A stretch of DNA of 64,000 nucleotides from NCBI RefSeq assembly GCF_018350175.1, contig NC_058368.1:67272001-67336000 (forward strand). The letters are read 5' to 3'. Every line of letters starts with the position of its first letter. Within the stretch, counting starts at the first letter, position 1. Shown in pieces: positions 52,233-63,544 of the stretch. The DNA comes from Felis catus (taxonomy: Eukaryota). The notes beneath the pieces are model-generated. The model saw only the letters and a program-made list of their open reading frames with translations, was not told the origin of the DNA and searched no databases. The position numbers and the translations under genes were made by a program.

Positions 52233-55200
52233 AGGAAAGAAAGAAAGAAAGGAAAATCACTTGTCTAAGTTCATATACCGAAGTCTTAGAAATACCCCTT
52301 GCTATTCAACTACTTTAGACTCCTCTTGGGTCATCTTTATTAAAATATGGTGAACCTCAAATTAGGATTTAATGGTAGTAACATCATTCTTTATTTTGCA
52401 CTTTAAAGGCCCCCTTCCAAATACAAATCAAAACCACACTCAGATATCACCTCACGCCAGTCAGAGTGGCCAAAATGAACAAATCGGGAGACTATAGATG
52501 CTGGAGAGGATGTGGAGAAACGGGAACCCTCTTGCACTGTTGGTGGGAATGCAAATTGGTGCACCCACTCTGGAAAACAGTGTAGAGGTTCCTCAGAAAA
52601 TTAAAAATAGACCTACCCTATGACCAGCAATAGCACTGCTAGGAATTTACCCAAGGGATACAGGAGTACTGATGCATTACCCAAGGGATACAGGAGTACT
52701 GATGCATAGGGGCACTTGTACCCCAATGTTTATAGCAGCACTCTCAACAATAGCCAAATTATGGAAAGAGCCTAAATGTCCATCAACTGATAAGTGGATA
52801 AAGAAATTGTGGTTTATATACACAATGGAGTACTACATGGCAATGAGAAAGAATGAAATATGGCCCTTTGTAGCAACGTGGATGGAACTGGAGAATGTGA
52901 TGCTAAGTGAAATAAGCCATACAGAGAAAGACAGATACCATATGTTTTCACTCTTATGTGGATCCTGAGAAACTTAACAGAAACCCATGGGGGAGGGGAA
53001 GGAAAAAAAAAAAGAGGTTAGAATGGGAGAGAGCCAAAGCATAAGAGAGTCTTAAAAACTGAGAACAAACTGAGGGTTGATGGGGGGTGGGAGGGAGGGG
53101 AGGGTGGGTGATGGGTATTGAGGAGGGCCCCTTTTGGGATGAGCACTGGGTGTTGTATGGAAACCAATTTGACAATAAATTTCATATATTGAAAAAAAAA
53201 TAAAGGCCCCCTTCCTTTTCAAATAAGGATTTCAATGTATTCAATGATCAATATGAATGTAAAGTCCTTGAAAGAGAGAGAAGTTGATTCCTACTTTAAA
53301 GTTACAAGTTCTCATTTTTTCCAATAGGTTATTAGCATTTATTATTATTATATCCTCCTTATGAAATTCTTACACATATTATGGTGTGTAAAGGTTAAAT
53401 AAGGAGATGATCTTTAAGAAAGAAACTTCTGGATGTTGATTGCTCTGTACTGACATTAAAATTTTTTTTAATGTTTATTCATTTTTGAGAGAGAGAGAGA
53501 GAGCAAGTGAGCACATGAGCAGGGGAGGGTCAGAGATAGAGGGAGACACAGAATCTGAAGCAGGCTCCAGGCTCTGAGCTGTCAGCACAGAGCCTGACAT
53601 GGGCCTCGAACCCACAAACTGTGAGATCATGACCTGGGCTGAAGTCAGATGCCCAGCCTACTGAGCTACCCAGGTGCCCCCTGTACTGACATATGTTTAA
53701 AGATAGATAAATAGAGGGGCGCCTGGGTGGCGCAGTCGGTTAAGCGTCCGTCTTCAGCCAGGTCACGATCTCGCGGTTTGTGAGTTCAAGCCCCGCGTCG
53801 GGCTCTGGGCTGATGGCTCAGAGCCTGGAGCCTGCTTCTGATTCTGTGTCTCCCTCTCTCTCTGCCCCTCCCCCGTTCATGCTCTGTCTCTCTCTGTCCC
53901 AAAAAAAAAAAATTCCCCCCCCAAAAAAAGATAGATAAATAGACCTGCACTTACACAAGCATTTGATTTTCAGCGGAGGCACCAAAGCAACATAAGGGGA
54001 ATTTACACAAATGGTGCTAAAATAACTGGAGAGTCTATGGAAAAATGAGCCATGACCCCTAACTCACACCAAACATAAGATTAATTAGGGGTAGATCATA
54101 GGCTTAAATATAAAAGCTAAAACCATAAAGTTTGAGAGGAAATTATAGGGGCACATTTTCATGACTTGGGGGTAGGCAGTTATTTCAAACAGGTCATAAA
54201 AATCAATAACCATAGGGAGAGAGGCAAGTAAAATGTCAATGTAGCATCTAGATGGTGGGTCCAATGTACAGGTATATTAGTCAGCCTGGGCTGCTGTAAT
54301 GAAATACTATAGACTAGGTGACTTAAGCAACCAAAATGTATTTTCTTACTGTTCTGGAGACTAGAAGTCCAAGATCAAACCACTAGGTCAGTGTCTGAGG
54401 GCTCTCTCCTTGGGTTGCAGACAGCTACCATCTCACTGTGTGCTCACATGGCAGAGAGAGAGAGATTGCTTTTCCTCTTCTTATAAGGTCACTAATTCTA
54501 TCAGATTAGGGCCCACCCTTATGACCTCTTTGAACCTTAATTACCGCCTAAAAGACCTTTCTCCAAATATAGTCACACTGAAGGTTAGGGCTTCAGCACA
54601 TTTGGTGGGGATACAATTCAATCCATAGCAATGGGTGTTCACTATACAATTCTTTCAATGTTGCTATACATTTATACCTTTTCTTAAGAAAATTTGGATA
54701 AAAAGAAAGTAGATTTTTAAGAGAAAGAATTAGTTTTCTAGTGATCTTTACATACACCATGTCCCTAATACTGATTTGCAGAATTGCTTTCTGCTCAGAC
54801 TATTTTATGGAAAATGATTGACTAATTTGTTCAAGCCATTAAAAAATAAATCAGGTTGGTATTTTTGAGTATCTTCTAGTAATAGAGGTAGAAGGAGGTA
54901 GAAGGGAAGAACCTTAGGTCAAGTAAATTAAGAAGCATTCATTGAGCATTCCCGATCTGTATACCCTGTGAGATACAAAGATATGGGAGACCTAGATCTT
55001 ACTTGTAGGGGCGCCACACTGTCTTTGGGCAACCCCGAAGAATGGGTCAAAGTTCAGGTCTATAGACAATCCAAATGAAGGCTAAGTACCCGGGGCCCAG
55101 CAGTGCTGATGGCTAGCCTCAGCATGACACCTCCTTCCACACTCACCCCCCTCTGACTGCCTCTTACCTCAGATCCCTACACAGCCTGCTGGCTGTATCT

Positions 55201-55548
55201 GCAAGGCTTTCCTCCTATACCCCTCCTGAGTATCCTGCTTCGTTCACCAAGCCTCAGACCTAGCTTACTTCCTCAGGGGCATTCTTCCTGACATAGAGGA
55301 CAGGTCAGGTTCTTTGTTATATAGCTTCAGAGTACAGTAGTCCTTTATTCGTGAGCATTTGACTCTGTTCCTAATTATAGGGTCATTGAAGGGATCATTT
55401 GAGTAATGTGCAATCTCTGCTAGGTTTCAAACTCTGTGACAAATAAGCTGTATTTCCTGTTTAATTCCAATCATATCCCTAGCAATTCACAGCATCAATT
55501 ATATAGGAGGTTACACAGGAAAACACATAGGAACTGTTGTTGGGTTTG

Positions 55549-55591
<43 letters not shown>

Positions 55592-58422
55592 CTCAATAGG
55601 AAAGAAAAAAATCTCCACATTATTATAACCATATGAACTATGGCTAGGATAGCTTGTTAAGAAAATAAATTTATGAAAAGACTTTTTTTTTAAGTCAAAA
55701 GAAGAAAAATGTTTGTAGAATCAAGGAATCTTGGGCTGGAAAGGAGATTTGAGGTCATTTGGTCCACCTGTTTAACTATACTCCTGTCAAATTTATGAAT
55801 GTCTTTAGTAAAATTTTTTTAAGAACTATTTATATCAAACTGTTGAAGTGAAACCAAATAAATTCTCAATTCTCCAGAAACTGATCATTGTATAAAGCAT
55901 TTAGTAGAATTCTTGATTCACAGTAGTAGTTACAATACTTATTATTGGTACTAGCAATATTACCAAGAAACCTCCAATTTATAGTGCATTATTTCAAAAA
56001 GAGCACAGATTTTAGACCTAAAAACCCCAAGATTAAGTCACAACTCTGCAACCAACTGAATACATATGGCTTTGAACAGTTCACTTAATATCTCCAAACC
56101 TCATTTTTTTCCTCCTGGCATTCAATAAATGGTAGCCAATATGGTTATAACAAAAACTACAATAAGGATGAATCAGATTCTGTGTTGACTCCCAAATATC
56201 TCTTAGGACAGTGGAAAAATAGGTAAAAACTCCACTTCTGTGTGGTTGATGCAACAATGGAAGCATGCTGCCAGGAAGAATGGGGGAGTAGCCCTCCCAC
56301 CTGGCCTGTTGAGGAGGAAAGAGTTTGTTTAAAAAGTTAATGAAAAGCAATTCTCCAGACTGATGAAGAAAAAAAAGACAATCTTGGCAGAGGAACACTG
56401 TGAAGTGGTTTTGGTACGATCCCGGCCAAGTGTTCCAAGGTCAGGTGTGTCAGAAGATGGGCAGCAGATTCTGGGATATGTTTTATGTTATGATAAAAGT
56501 ACACGGATTTCACACTGTGGGTTCTGGAGAACCAGTAAAGGGCTTTAAAATGGGACAAGACACAATCAGATCTATCTTTTAGAAAAGTCACCTGGGAGTC
56601 ATATGGCTTAGAGGGGTAAGGCTACAGGCAGGGAGACCAGTCAGGAGGCCATCGTGATAGTCAATGAAGTGATGAAGGCCTGAATCAGGAAGAGTAATGT
56701 GGGCGTGGAGAGGGGAGAATGATTCAAGGGATGGTTCAGGGATAGAGTCAGCCAGATGGGGTGATGCGGAGTACAGAGGATGTGAGGGCCCCAACATGAT
56801 TCATAACAAATCAAGACTTGCTGGAGAGAGTTGGTGTTTCGTAAGGACAGAGAATACAGAAGGAAGAAGGGGGAGGAGGAAGCAAAGGAAAGGTGAGTTA
56901 GAGATGAGAGGTTTGATTTTGGACAGACTGAGTTTGCAGTATCTATAAGCTCCCCAACAAAAGGAGAAGGTGTCCAGCAGGGACTTGAAATTGGGACTGG
57001 GTCAGGGAATTCTGTTTTGGAGCCATTAGTTTGGCCAGGGAAAGGGTGTGATGTGAAAAGGGGTAAGTGCCAAGCACAGAATGCTGGGGATGGCACCCAG
57101 TAAGCAGGAGATAGACAAAGAACCATGGCCAGACAGAGAAACAGAAGTGAGAACAGACTTGTAGAAACCAAAGAAGAAAGTATTTCACAAAGGAGGAACC
57201 ACTGGGCCTCTGTGTCAAAAGGTACAGAAAGGTCAAACAAGATGCAAGATAAGGAAAGGGAGATGTCTACTAAATCCCATCACATGGAGCCACTTGTCAC
57301 CTTGCTTGTGATGTTTCACTCGAGTGAGAAAGGTAGCATTGGCTTGAGAGGTCAATGGGATGGTGGAGAAAGAGATCGTGATGATAGACAACTCTACCGA
57401 GATGCTTGGATGAAAAAGAAAAATGAAGAAAATTTTCAAAATGTTCCCCAAGGTATCTTTAAGTATATTTGTGTATTTCCCTACATCTGAAAGAAACATC
57501 TCCTTGAGATCTGCTTCATCCAGGCAGAAAGACCACCCAAGGGACAATTTGTCCCTATCCATACAAAAATTATAGTCTTAAGAGGAAGGTGGATGCTTAC
57601 CACTGTTTTCTAGAGAAGACTAGCCCTAAGAAACATTGCTTTGTAATTTAACATAGGGCAAAAATTCCTAACACATTTTGATTTAAAAGAAAACTATAGA
57701 TTCCTAATGCTGGGTCCTTCACATAGCCGTTTTTGCCTCACAGTGGCAAAATCTTGACCTTGAAGCTCTGTTAATATTGTCTCCACAATGTCTTTAACAT
57801 CTGTTCTTTCTCCTCCTTTCCCACGGTCTTTAAAACAAAACTGTGTTTATTTTTAAGCCATTGACTACATTTTTTAAAAGTTCACATTTAAATGTCTTGA
57901 CAATTTTTATCCAAAAGAGGGCGCAAATTTCTCAGGAAATATAGTACAGTATTTTACAAAATTCGCTGACTCCTGGGAACAGATTTCACAGCTGCTGTAA
58001 TTTAATGCAGAAACATTATTTCTGTGGCATATGCCTATGAATTAAGTCCCATTGTGTAAGTGCTAATTAAGAGCTCTTTGCGTCTTTAGAGTAGTTTCAG
58101 AGAAGAGCCAGACTAAGTTGAAGCCAACATTTTTCTATTTTGGGTAGCCAAATCAAATTAAGATAGACATTTTTAAATTAAACATTAAATGGGATTTCAA
58201 AAACCCAGTTTGTTTACAATCTTCTAATTTTAGGGTGTATTTCCATTCTACTATGGCTGAAAGAATCACTAGAGAAGTAGTATAGTTCAGACCTGTGTGT
58301 GGGTGGTTAATAGCTAATTGGGGGTATTTTTTTGTCTTGTTTTGCTTTGATCACAGTTGGAATTGGAATTTTTTTGAGTTTATTTATTTTATTTGGGGGG
58401 GGGGGTGCATGAGCCGGGGAGG

Positions 58423-58457
<35 letters not shown>

Positions 58458-61082
58458 AGAGAGAGAGAATCTCAAGCAGGCTCCACACTGTCAGCACAGA
58501 GCTGCATCCAGGGCTTGAACCCATGAACCATGAGATCATGACCTGAGCTGAAATCAAGAGTCAGACGCTTAACCTACTGAACCACCCAGGTGCTCCGGGA
58601 ATTGTTCATTTTTTAAACACCCAGTATGTACAACTGTTCTCAGATACAAGAAGCCTTATGACTGGTGAATAGAGGGGGATAATGTGAATTCTGGTCTTCC
58701 TTTAGGTTGAATCTCACCATGATTTGCATATGTTTTCTCAGGGAAATGATATGACAAAGGTGTGCTAAAGTTCTGGTGGGCTTCCTAAATACAAGTTATG
58801 GAAATAAAAAAAATGCAAAGGGGAAGTCTTTCTTGCATTTTATTATTATTATTATTGTTAGTATTATTATTATTAAATAATCTCTACTCCTAATGTGGGG
58901 CTCAAACTCATGATCCTGAGATGAAGAGTCTCATGCTCTACAGACTGAGCCAGCCAAGTGCTCCAAGGAAGTCATTTTTTCAATGGTAGTAATATACTAT
59001 TGGTACCTTTTACTTAACAGAAATCCACTTGACCAAATTATGTACTTCAGATATACATATTAAGAAAGAACCTCACTCCACAGATGGCACTTCCAAATCC
59101 AAAAATTCTATGCATGTATTAGCTTACTTTTGCTTCTATAACTGGCTTCCCTAGATATAGTATCTAACTGGTAATTTGCTGGTGCTTGTAACAATGAACA
59201 CTTATGTGGGGGAAACAACACCATTTTGATTGGCTTCTAGCCCTCAAAATGAAACAAACTATGAGTAGAGAATCACTGAAACTTTATTTGTGAATTGATT
59301 AGACACTGTGAATTGATTAGCAAAATGAAATTCATGGTCCTTATTTATGCACCACTCTACAATGACATTGCCAAGAAGAACTTCATGTGGATAAGGAACC
59401 CACATGACAATAAGAACCAAACAATTTCCAGTTTTCATTTAATTACATACCTAAAACCCATTGCCAAACAATTTCTAAGAACTACCAACAAGTGCTCATA
59501 CCTACCCTTCTTATAGGATCATGAAGTGTTACAATTTGATACATCACATTGACTTCTTCTTGTGTCTAGCCAAAACTTCCTTCATTATGTACACCATCCA
59601 ATGGGAAGGCCAATGTGTGTGTTCACCCAGAGATTCCCATTCTGCATCTTGTCCAGATTCTTCCTTTCATGACTATAAGATCTAATTTCATCTTCTCTAA
59701 GGCCTGGTCCAGACCACATTTTCTTTTCTGTGTTTGGGAGGGCCCATGACTCCTTTCCTTTGCCCCTGCCACAGCCTACACCCTCGTTCTGTTGTACCCC
59801 ATATGGTAACACCCCTCACCCCCTTAGATTTCATTCCTGTAGACTCCATCAAGGAGGTGCTTTTTAAATACTCTACTTGTTGGATGATGCCAAATTTTGT
59901 TACATTCCTGAAACTTTCTCTTGCTCTTCAGTAATAGAAACCGGATCAACCAACCACCAAAAATCGTTTAAGGACAGCTATGTGAAGGTGGAGGGTGTGA
60001 AGGTGTCAAAGACACAAACGCTGCAACAACAATAGATTGGATTTTGAATCTGTTTTTGCGTCCAGTATTTACATAGAGGCATTTGGGGATATGGCATTGT
60101 TTCAGTATATCTTCTCTGAAATGACCATTTTCCAGTTGGTACATGACTTTAAAAGGCTTGCCACCTTCACTGGTGTAAAACTCACATACCAAAATCGATT
60201 TGTTTAGAAAATGAATCTGATTTATAATAAAAGTTAAAAAATTTTTCAGTCAGAAATATGCAGTGAGAAGAAGACTGTTGCATTATAAAAGAGCTTTAAT
60301 AATATATAAAGGTAAATGGGTAATAAAAGCCAACTATGAGATGGCTTAATTTCTTATTGAAGTTATATTTTCTACCTTTCCAGAATATTGTCATGACAAC
60401 ACTTGCACATTCCCTTTTTTTTTTAAGGAATATTGTGAACATAAGAAGATGTGCATTATTTTGAGCTCAAATGCTTATGATTCTTTTGGTTCTTATTCAT
60501 CTTTCAAAGGATAATCTTGATCCTTTTACAAACATTTACCTTAAAGAATGGTCTACCACTGAAATCTAGTAGGATATATATTAAGTTACAAAAGACTACT
60601 TCTCAGGTGTTAGTCTGGATTAGATAAGAAACACATGGCATACTTGAAAATATCAGAAAAAGCTAAACAAAAATCAGGTTCTGGCTAGTGCTTCAGAATG
60701 CGAAATGATATTAATTCTTAAAGTCAGCCCCCTTTGTTACCTGTAAATATATGGCCACACCTCTAACTTAAGAGCTTGAGTAATTGAGTAAAATTTCGTG
60801 TTTGTTGGAATATTCCTTCTTTCCATGACACTGATAATATCAGTTTACTACCTATGACACTTTTTTGCTTAGAACTGAAAGAGGGGTGCCTGGGTGGCTC
60901 AGTCAGTTAAGCATCCAATTTTAGCTCAGGTCATGATCTCACGGTTGGTGGGTTGGAGCTCCGCGTTGGACTCTGTGCTGACAGCTCAGAGCCTGGAGTC
61001 TGCTTCGGATTCTGTGTCTCCTTCTCTCTCTGCCCCTCCTCTGCTAGTGCTCTGTTTCTGTCTCTCAAAAATAAATAAAAAT

Positions 61083-61120
<38 letters not shown>

Positions 61121-61470
61121 GTTTGTATATATAAATGTGTATATATATAAACATTTATATACACATTTATATATATATATAAAATGTTTTATATATATAA
61201 AATATATAATGTTTTATTATATATGTTTTTATTATATAATATATATAAACATATTTTATATAATATATAATATATATTAAATATATAAAAATATATATAA
61301 GATATATATTTATATATATTTATATAATAATATAAAATATATATTATATGTTTTTATATAAAATATATAATATGTACATAAAATATATAATATATATAAA
61401 ATATATAATATATAAAATGTTTTATATATATAAATGTTTATATGTATAAAAAATGTTTATATATATATAT

Positions 61471-61517
<47 letters not shown>

Positions 61518-63544
61518 CTGAAATAGGTATTCAGTCCTTTTAAAGTTTGGAAGTTATGGTAGTGAGGCTTTTTTGAATGTGTTATGTTTAATCAAGCTTG
61601 TTTCCAACCACGGGCGTAGGAAGTTCCTTGCAGTTGACAAGTATGAGATTTGGAACACCGTGTGGAACAGCCTGGTGTCCCCACGGCCCCATGACCCATG
61701 CACACAATGAGAACTCAGCAGCTGTGCATGATAAACCTGGTTCCAGCATTAACCTGCTGTGGGACCTTCTACAGATTGCTTAATTCTAGACATGAGAGTA
61801 AATATTGTTACCAGTGCCCTGGAATAGATCTGCCTTTCCTTCCTAACACTTGAGACAAGGAGGAATTTGGAATGACCAGGCTGTAGGCTACTGTTCTTTG
61901 CTCCCAATTAAGAGGCAAATATAAGCACGTGACCATAAGTAGGAGGGAGCTGGGGTAAGAATGAACAAAAAGTAAGCAAAATTTGAGACTGAAGTGTAAA
62001 TGTCTGGAGTGGTAAGGAAGATTTCTCAGCGACTGTAACTCTCCTGCTGGTTCCCGATATGGACCACAGCTGCACCACACTCTAGCTACTTTTACTCTTT
62101 TGAACCTTTCTTTCTCCATTTCTCTTCTCCTTTGACTCTCCCATGCCTTCTCGTTTTCCCTTTGTTGACATTTTTTGAAGGGTAGGAGGAAATAGTATTC
62201 TCCTATGCAATTAAAAAAAATTTTATGTTTATTTATTTTTGAGAGAGAGAGAGAGAGAGAGAGAGTGCAGGGGAGGGGCAGAGAGAGAGGGAGATACAGA
62301 ATCTGAAGCAGGCTCTGAGCTGTCAGCACACAGAGCCAACACGGAGCTTAAACTTGTGAACCGCAAGATCATGACTGGAGTCGAAGTCGGATGCTTAACT
62401 AAGCCACCCAGGCACCCCAAAATAAATAAACTCTGAACAAAAAAAGTAAGGCTCATAGTCATAACCATAGTTTAAAAAAAGTCATAATCACTAAAGTCCC
62501 CCATTCACATTTGTTCAGTGAGTAGGTAAGGCAAACATTAGTATATATATATGGGGGTCTAATATCCACCCTTTTGAGAACTCTCCTGCTCTGAGAGTCA
62601 GCCAAAGCTTTCCAGGCGGTGAAGAGACAAGAGCAGCGCCATTTTAACCAGGTAGGCTTGTGGAGATGTGTGCTACTTAGAGTTGAGTTTGGTTTTGCCT
62701 AACCCAGTGAAACACAGTGTCTTGAAAGTCAAAATTAATTGGCTGTTAGGAAAAAGGATGTAAGAAACTGGTGATCCTAATCTATGCATCAAGTTGCCAA
62801 GTAGCAATTCTGGATGGATTATAGTCAACTCTGCTTACAAACAGAGCAAAACAGGGGTGTCTGGGGGGCTCAGTCAGTAGAGCACACCATTCTTTTTTTC
62901 TTTAAGATTTTTTAATTTTTAAGTAATCTCTACACTCAACGTGGGGCTTGAACTTAGAACCTTGAAATCAAGAGTCCCCCAGTTACACTGGGGACTGACC
63001 CAGCCAGGCGCCCCAAGCATGTGACTCTTGATCTTGGGGTTGTGCATGCAAGCACCATGTTGAGTACAGAGATTGTACAGAGACTACTAAAACAAAACCA
63101 AAGACGGCAAAACAAACTAATGAAAAAACATACTGTGTGTTCCTGAATTCCTATTGTGTGATGCCAAACCATCTGTAGAAAAATCATTTAGTGACAAATA
63201 TATTATTTATAAATGTATATACAAATGTGTTTTAAGAGACAAAAAGAACAATTATTTGAGGATTAATTTGATCATTTGAAGTATAAACTAAGGCCCTATA
63301 TTTGTTGCAAGATTATAATTTGAAAGAATATGACTTTCCCTTCATTTAAAGATTATTTACTTGAAAGGATTAAAATTAGACAATTACAGATAGTTTTTGA
63401 GAGTATGCTTAACATTCCGTCCAACATTATAAGCTGTCCTTTTTGACTGATAAATTAAATTCAATGACTATCAAATGCCCATAATACTGTATATACAGCT
63501 TAATAACATCTGTGCTTTGACTTACCTGATCCTGTCTATCTCAT
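42311..63544 (-). CDS. Candidate micro-exon-rich protein-coding gene (3' portion; 5' end outside the window), identity unknown
   Basis: Minus-strand AG..GT-bounded segments at 63526-63544 (19 nt), 60741-60762 (22), 60540-60565 (26), 60376-60413 (38), 60190-60216 (27), 57742-57827 (86), 54756-54799 (44), 50562-50577 (16), 45413-45463 (51), 44079-44106 (28), 43746-43780 (35), 42311-42354 (44). They join phase-compatibly into [145 protein letters not shown]. Exons were picked by eye and no homology was confirmed. Confidence 0.4.
44079..44106 (-). CDS. Candidate 28-nt micro-exon (KYFNETLIS)
   Basis: Acceptor ttgttttcatcattgcag and donor CAG|gtaaga; only the phase-0 frame is open. Confidence 0.45.
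45580..47730 (-). mobile_element. Ancient L1 ORF2/3' fragments (L1MB/ME-like) with inserts
   Basis: aattttagaatcaacttgtc...gagtcttccaat...; 47140-47730 gccattatgaataatgctgct...gtatctcattctggttttg...ggagaaatgtc. Confidence 0.75.
48956..49020. repeat. (GAAA)n tetranucleotide repeat
   Basis: Directly visible; second array at ~52186-52250; (TATC)n at ~45742-45778. Confidence 0.97.
50562..50577 (-). CDS. Candidate 16-nt micro-exon (FKNKQ)
   Basis: Strong acceptor gctctctcttccctccag and donor CAA|gtatga; bridges phase 2 to 0. Confidence 0.35.
51556..52098. mobile_element. Tigger2a-like TcMar DNA transposon, containing a SINE (51831-52030) and itself inside an L1 3' end
   Basis: ta|cagttgatccttgaacaacac left terminal inverted repeat; ...tgttgaaggg right remnant; L1 3' sequence on both flanks. 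Confidence 0.82.
52419..53200 (+). mobile_element. Young 5'-truncated LINE-1 (felid L1_Fc-like) with frameshift and internal 30-bp duplication
   Basis: Closely similar to 19316-20070. Perfect 15-bp TSD taaaggcccccttcc at 52404-52418 and 53201-53215. Confidence 0.97.
53460..53680 (-). mobile_element. Can-SINE
   Basis: Reverse-complement SINE body; TSD ctgtactgacat. Confidence 0.93.
53716..53927 (+). mobile_element. Young felid Can-SINE (SINEC_Fc-type)
   Basis: Same diagnostic body (cagccaggtcacgatctcgcgg...gggctgatggctca); TSD aaagatagataaataga. Confidence 0.95.
54273..54630 (-). mobile_element. MaLR solo LTR (MLT1A/B-like)
   Basis: tattagtcagcctgggctgctgtaa...ttagggcccacccttatgacctc...caattcaatccatagca. 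Confidence 0.85.
56390..57300. mobile_element. Probable L2 fragment
   Basis: Purine-rich degenerate L2-like motifs (ggagaccagtcaggaggc, tttggacagactgagtttg, gtgtcaaa). Similar tracts at ~25000-25500, ~27330-27700, ~31990-32470 and ~37570-38060. Confidence 0.6.
57742..57827 (-). CDS. Candidate internal exon, 86 nt, (D)[28 protein letters not shown]
   Basis: Acceptor ttttgttttaaag and donor ACT|gtgagg. Purine-rich exon-like composition. Only one of the three frames is open end to end (phase 1 to 0). Confidence 0.5.
58370..58596 (-). mobile_element. Can-SINE
   Basis: Reverse body with (GA)n. Confidence 0.9.
60190..60762 (-). CDS. Cluster of four candidate micro-exons (22, 26, 38, 27 nt) separated by 126-175 nt introns
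   Basis: Donors CAG|gtaaca, AAG|gtaaat, AAG|gtagaa, TTG|gtatgt. Consecutive phases 2-0-2-1-1 give an open frame. The acceptor of the 38-nt exon is weak (A-run before AG). Confidence 0.42.
60883..61514 (+). mobile_element. Can-SINE with tail expanded into an AT-rich array
   Basis: Body at 60883-61082; TSD gaactgaaa(g/t)a at 60872-60882 and 61515-61525. Confidence 0.88.
61083..61514. repeat. Complex AT-rich (TA)n-based array
   Basis: About 430 bp, almost entirely A/T, with recurring aaatgttttata units. Confidence 0.97.
62220..62418 (-). mobile_element. Can-SINE
   Basis: Reverse body. Confidence 0.9.
62854..63075. mobile_element. Old plus-strand SINE interrupted by a minus-strand SINE (62895-63014)
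   Basis: Diverged TSD agcacaccattctt (62881-62894) / agcatgtgactctt (63016-63029). Confidence 0.85.
63526..63544 (-). CDS. Candidate 19-nt micro-exon (xEIDRIR)
   Basis: Acceptor atgttaatttccag and consensus donor CAG|gtaagt; only the phase-1 frame is open. Confidence 0.45.

Noticed and set aside
56641..57240. 199-aa ORF
   Set aside because: Overlaps a degenerate L2-like tract; composition reflects the pyrimidine-rich strand.
59085..59100. Weak CTCF-like cagatggcac just before this position (others near 24012 and 5548)
   Set aside because: Several mismatches in the 5' half of the core.
59585..60192. Two adjacent minus-strand ORFs suggesting a processed pseudogene
   Set aside because: No recognisable parent protein, poly(A) tail or TSD.
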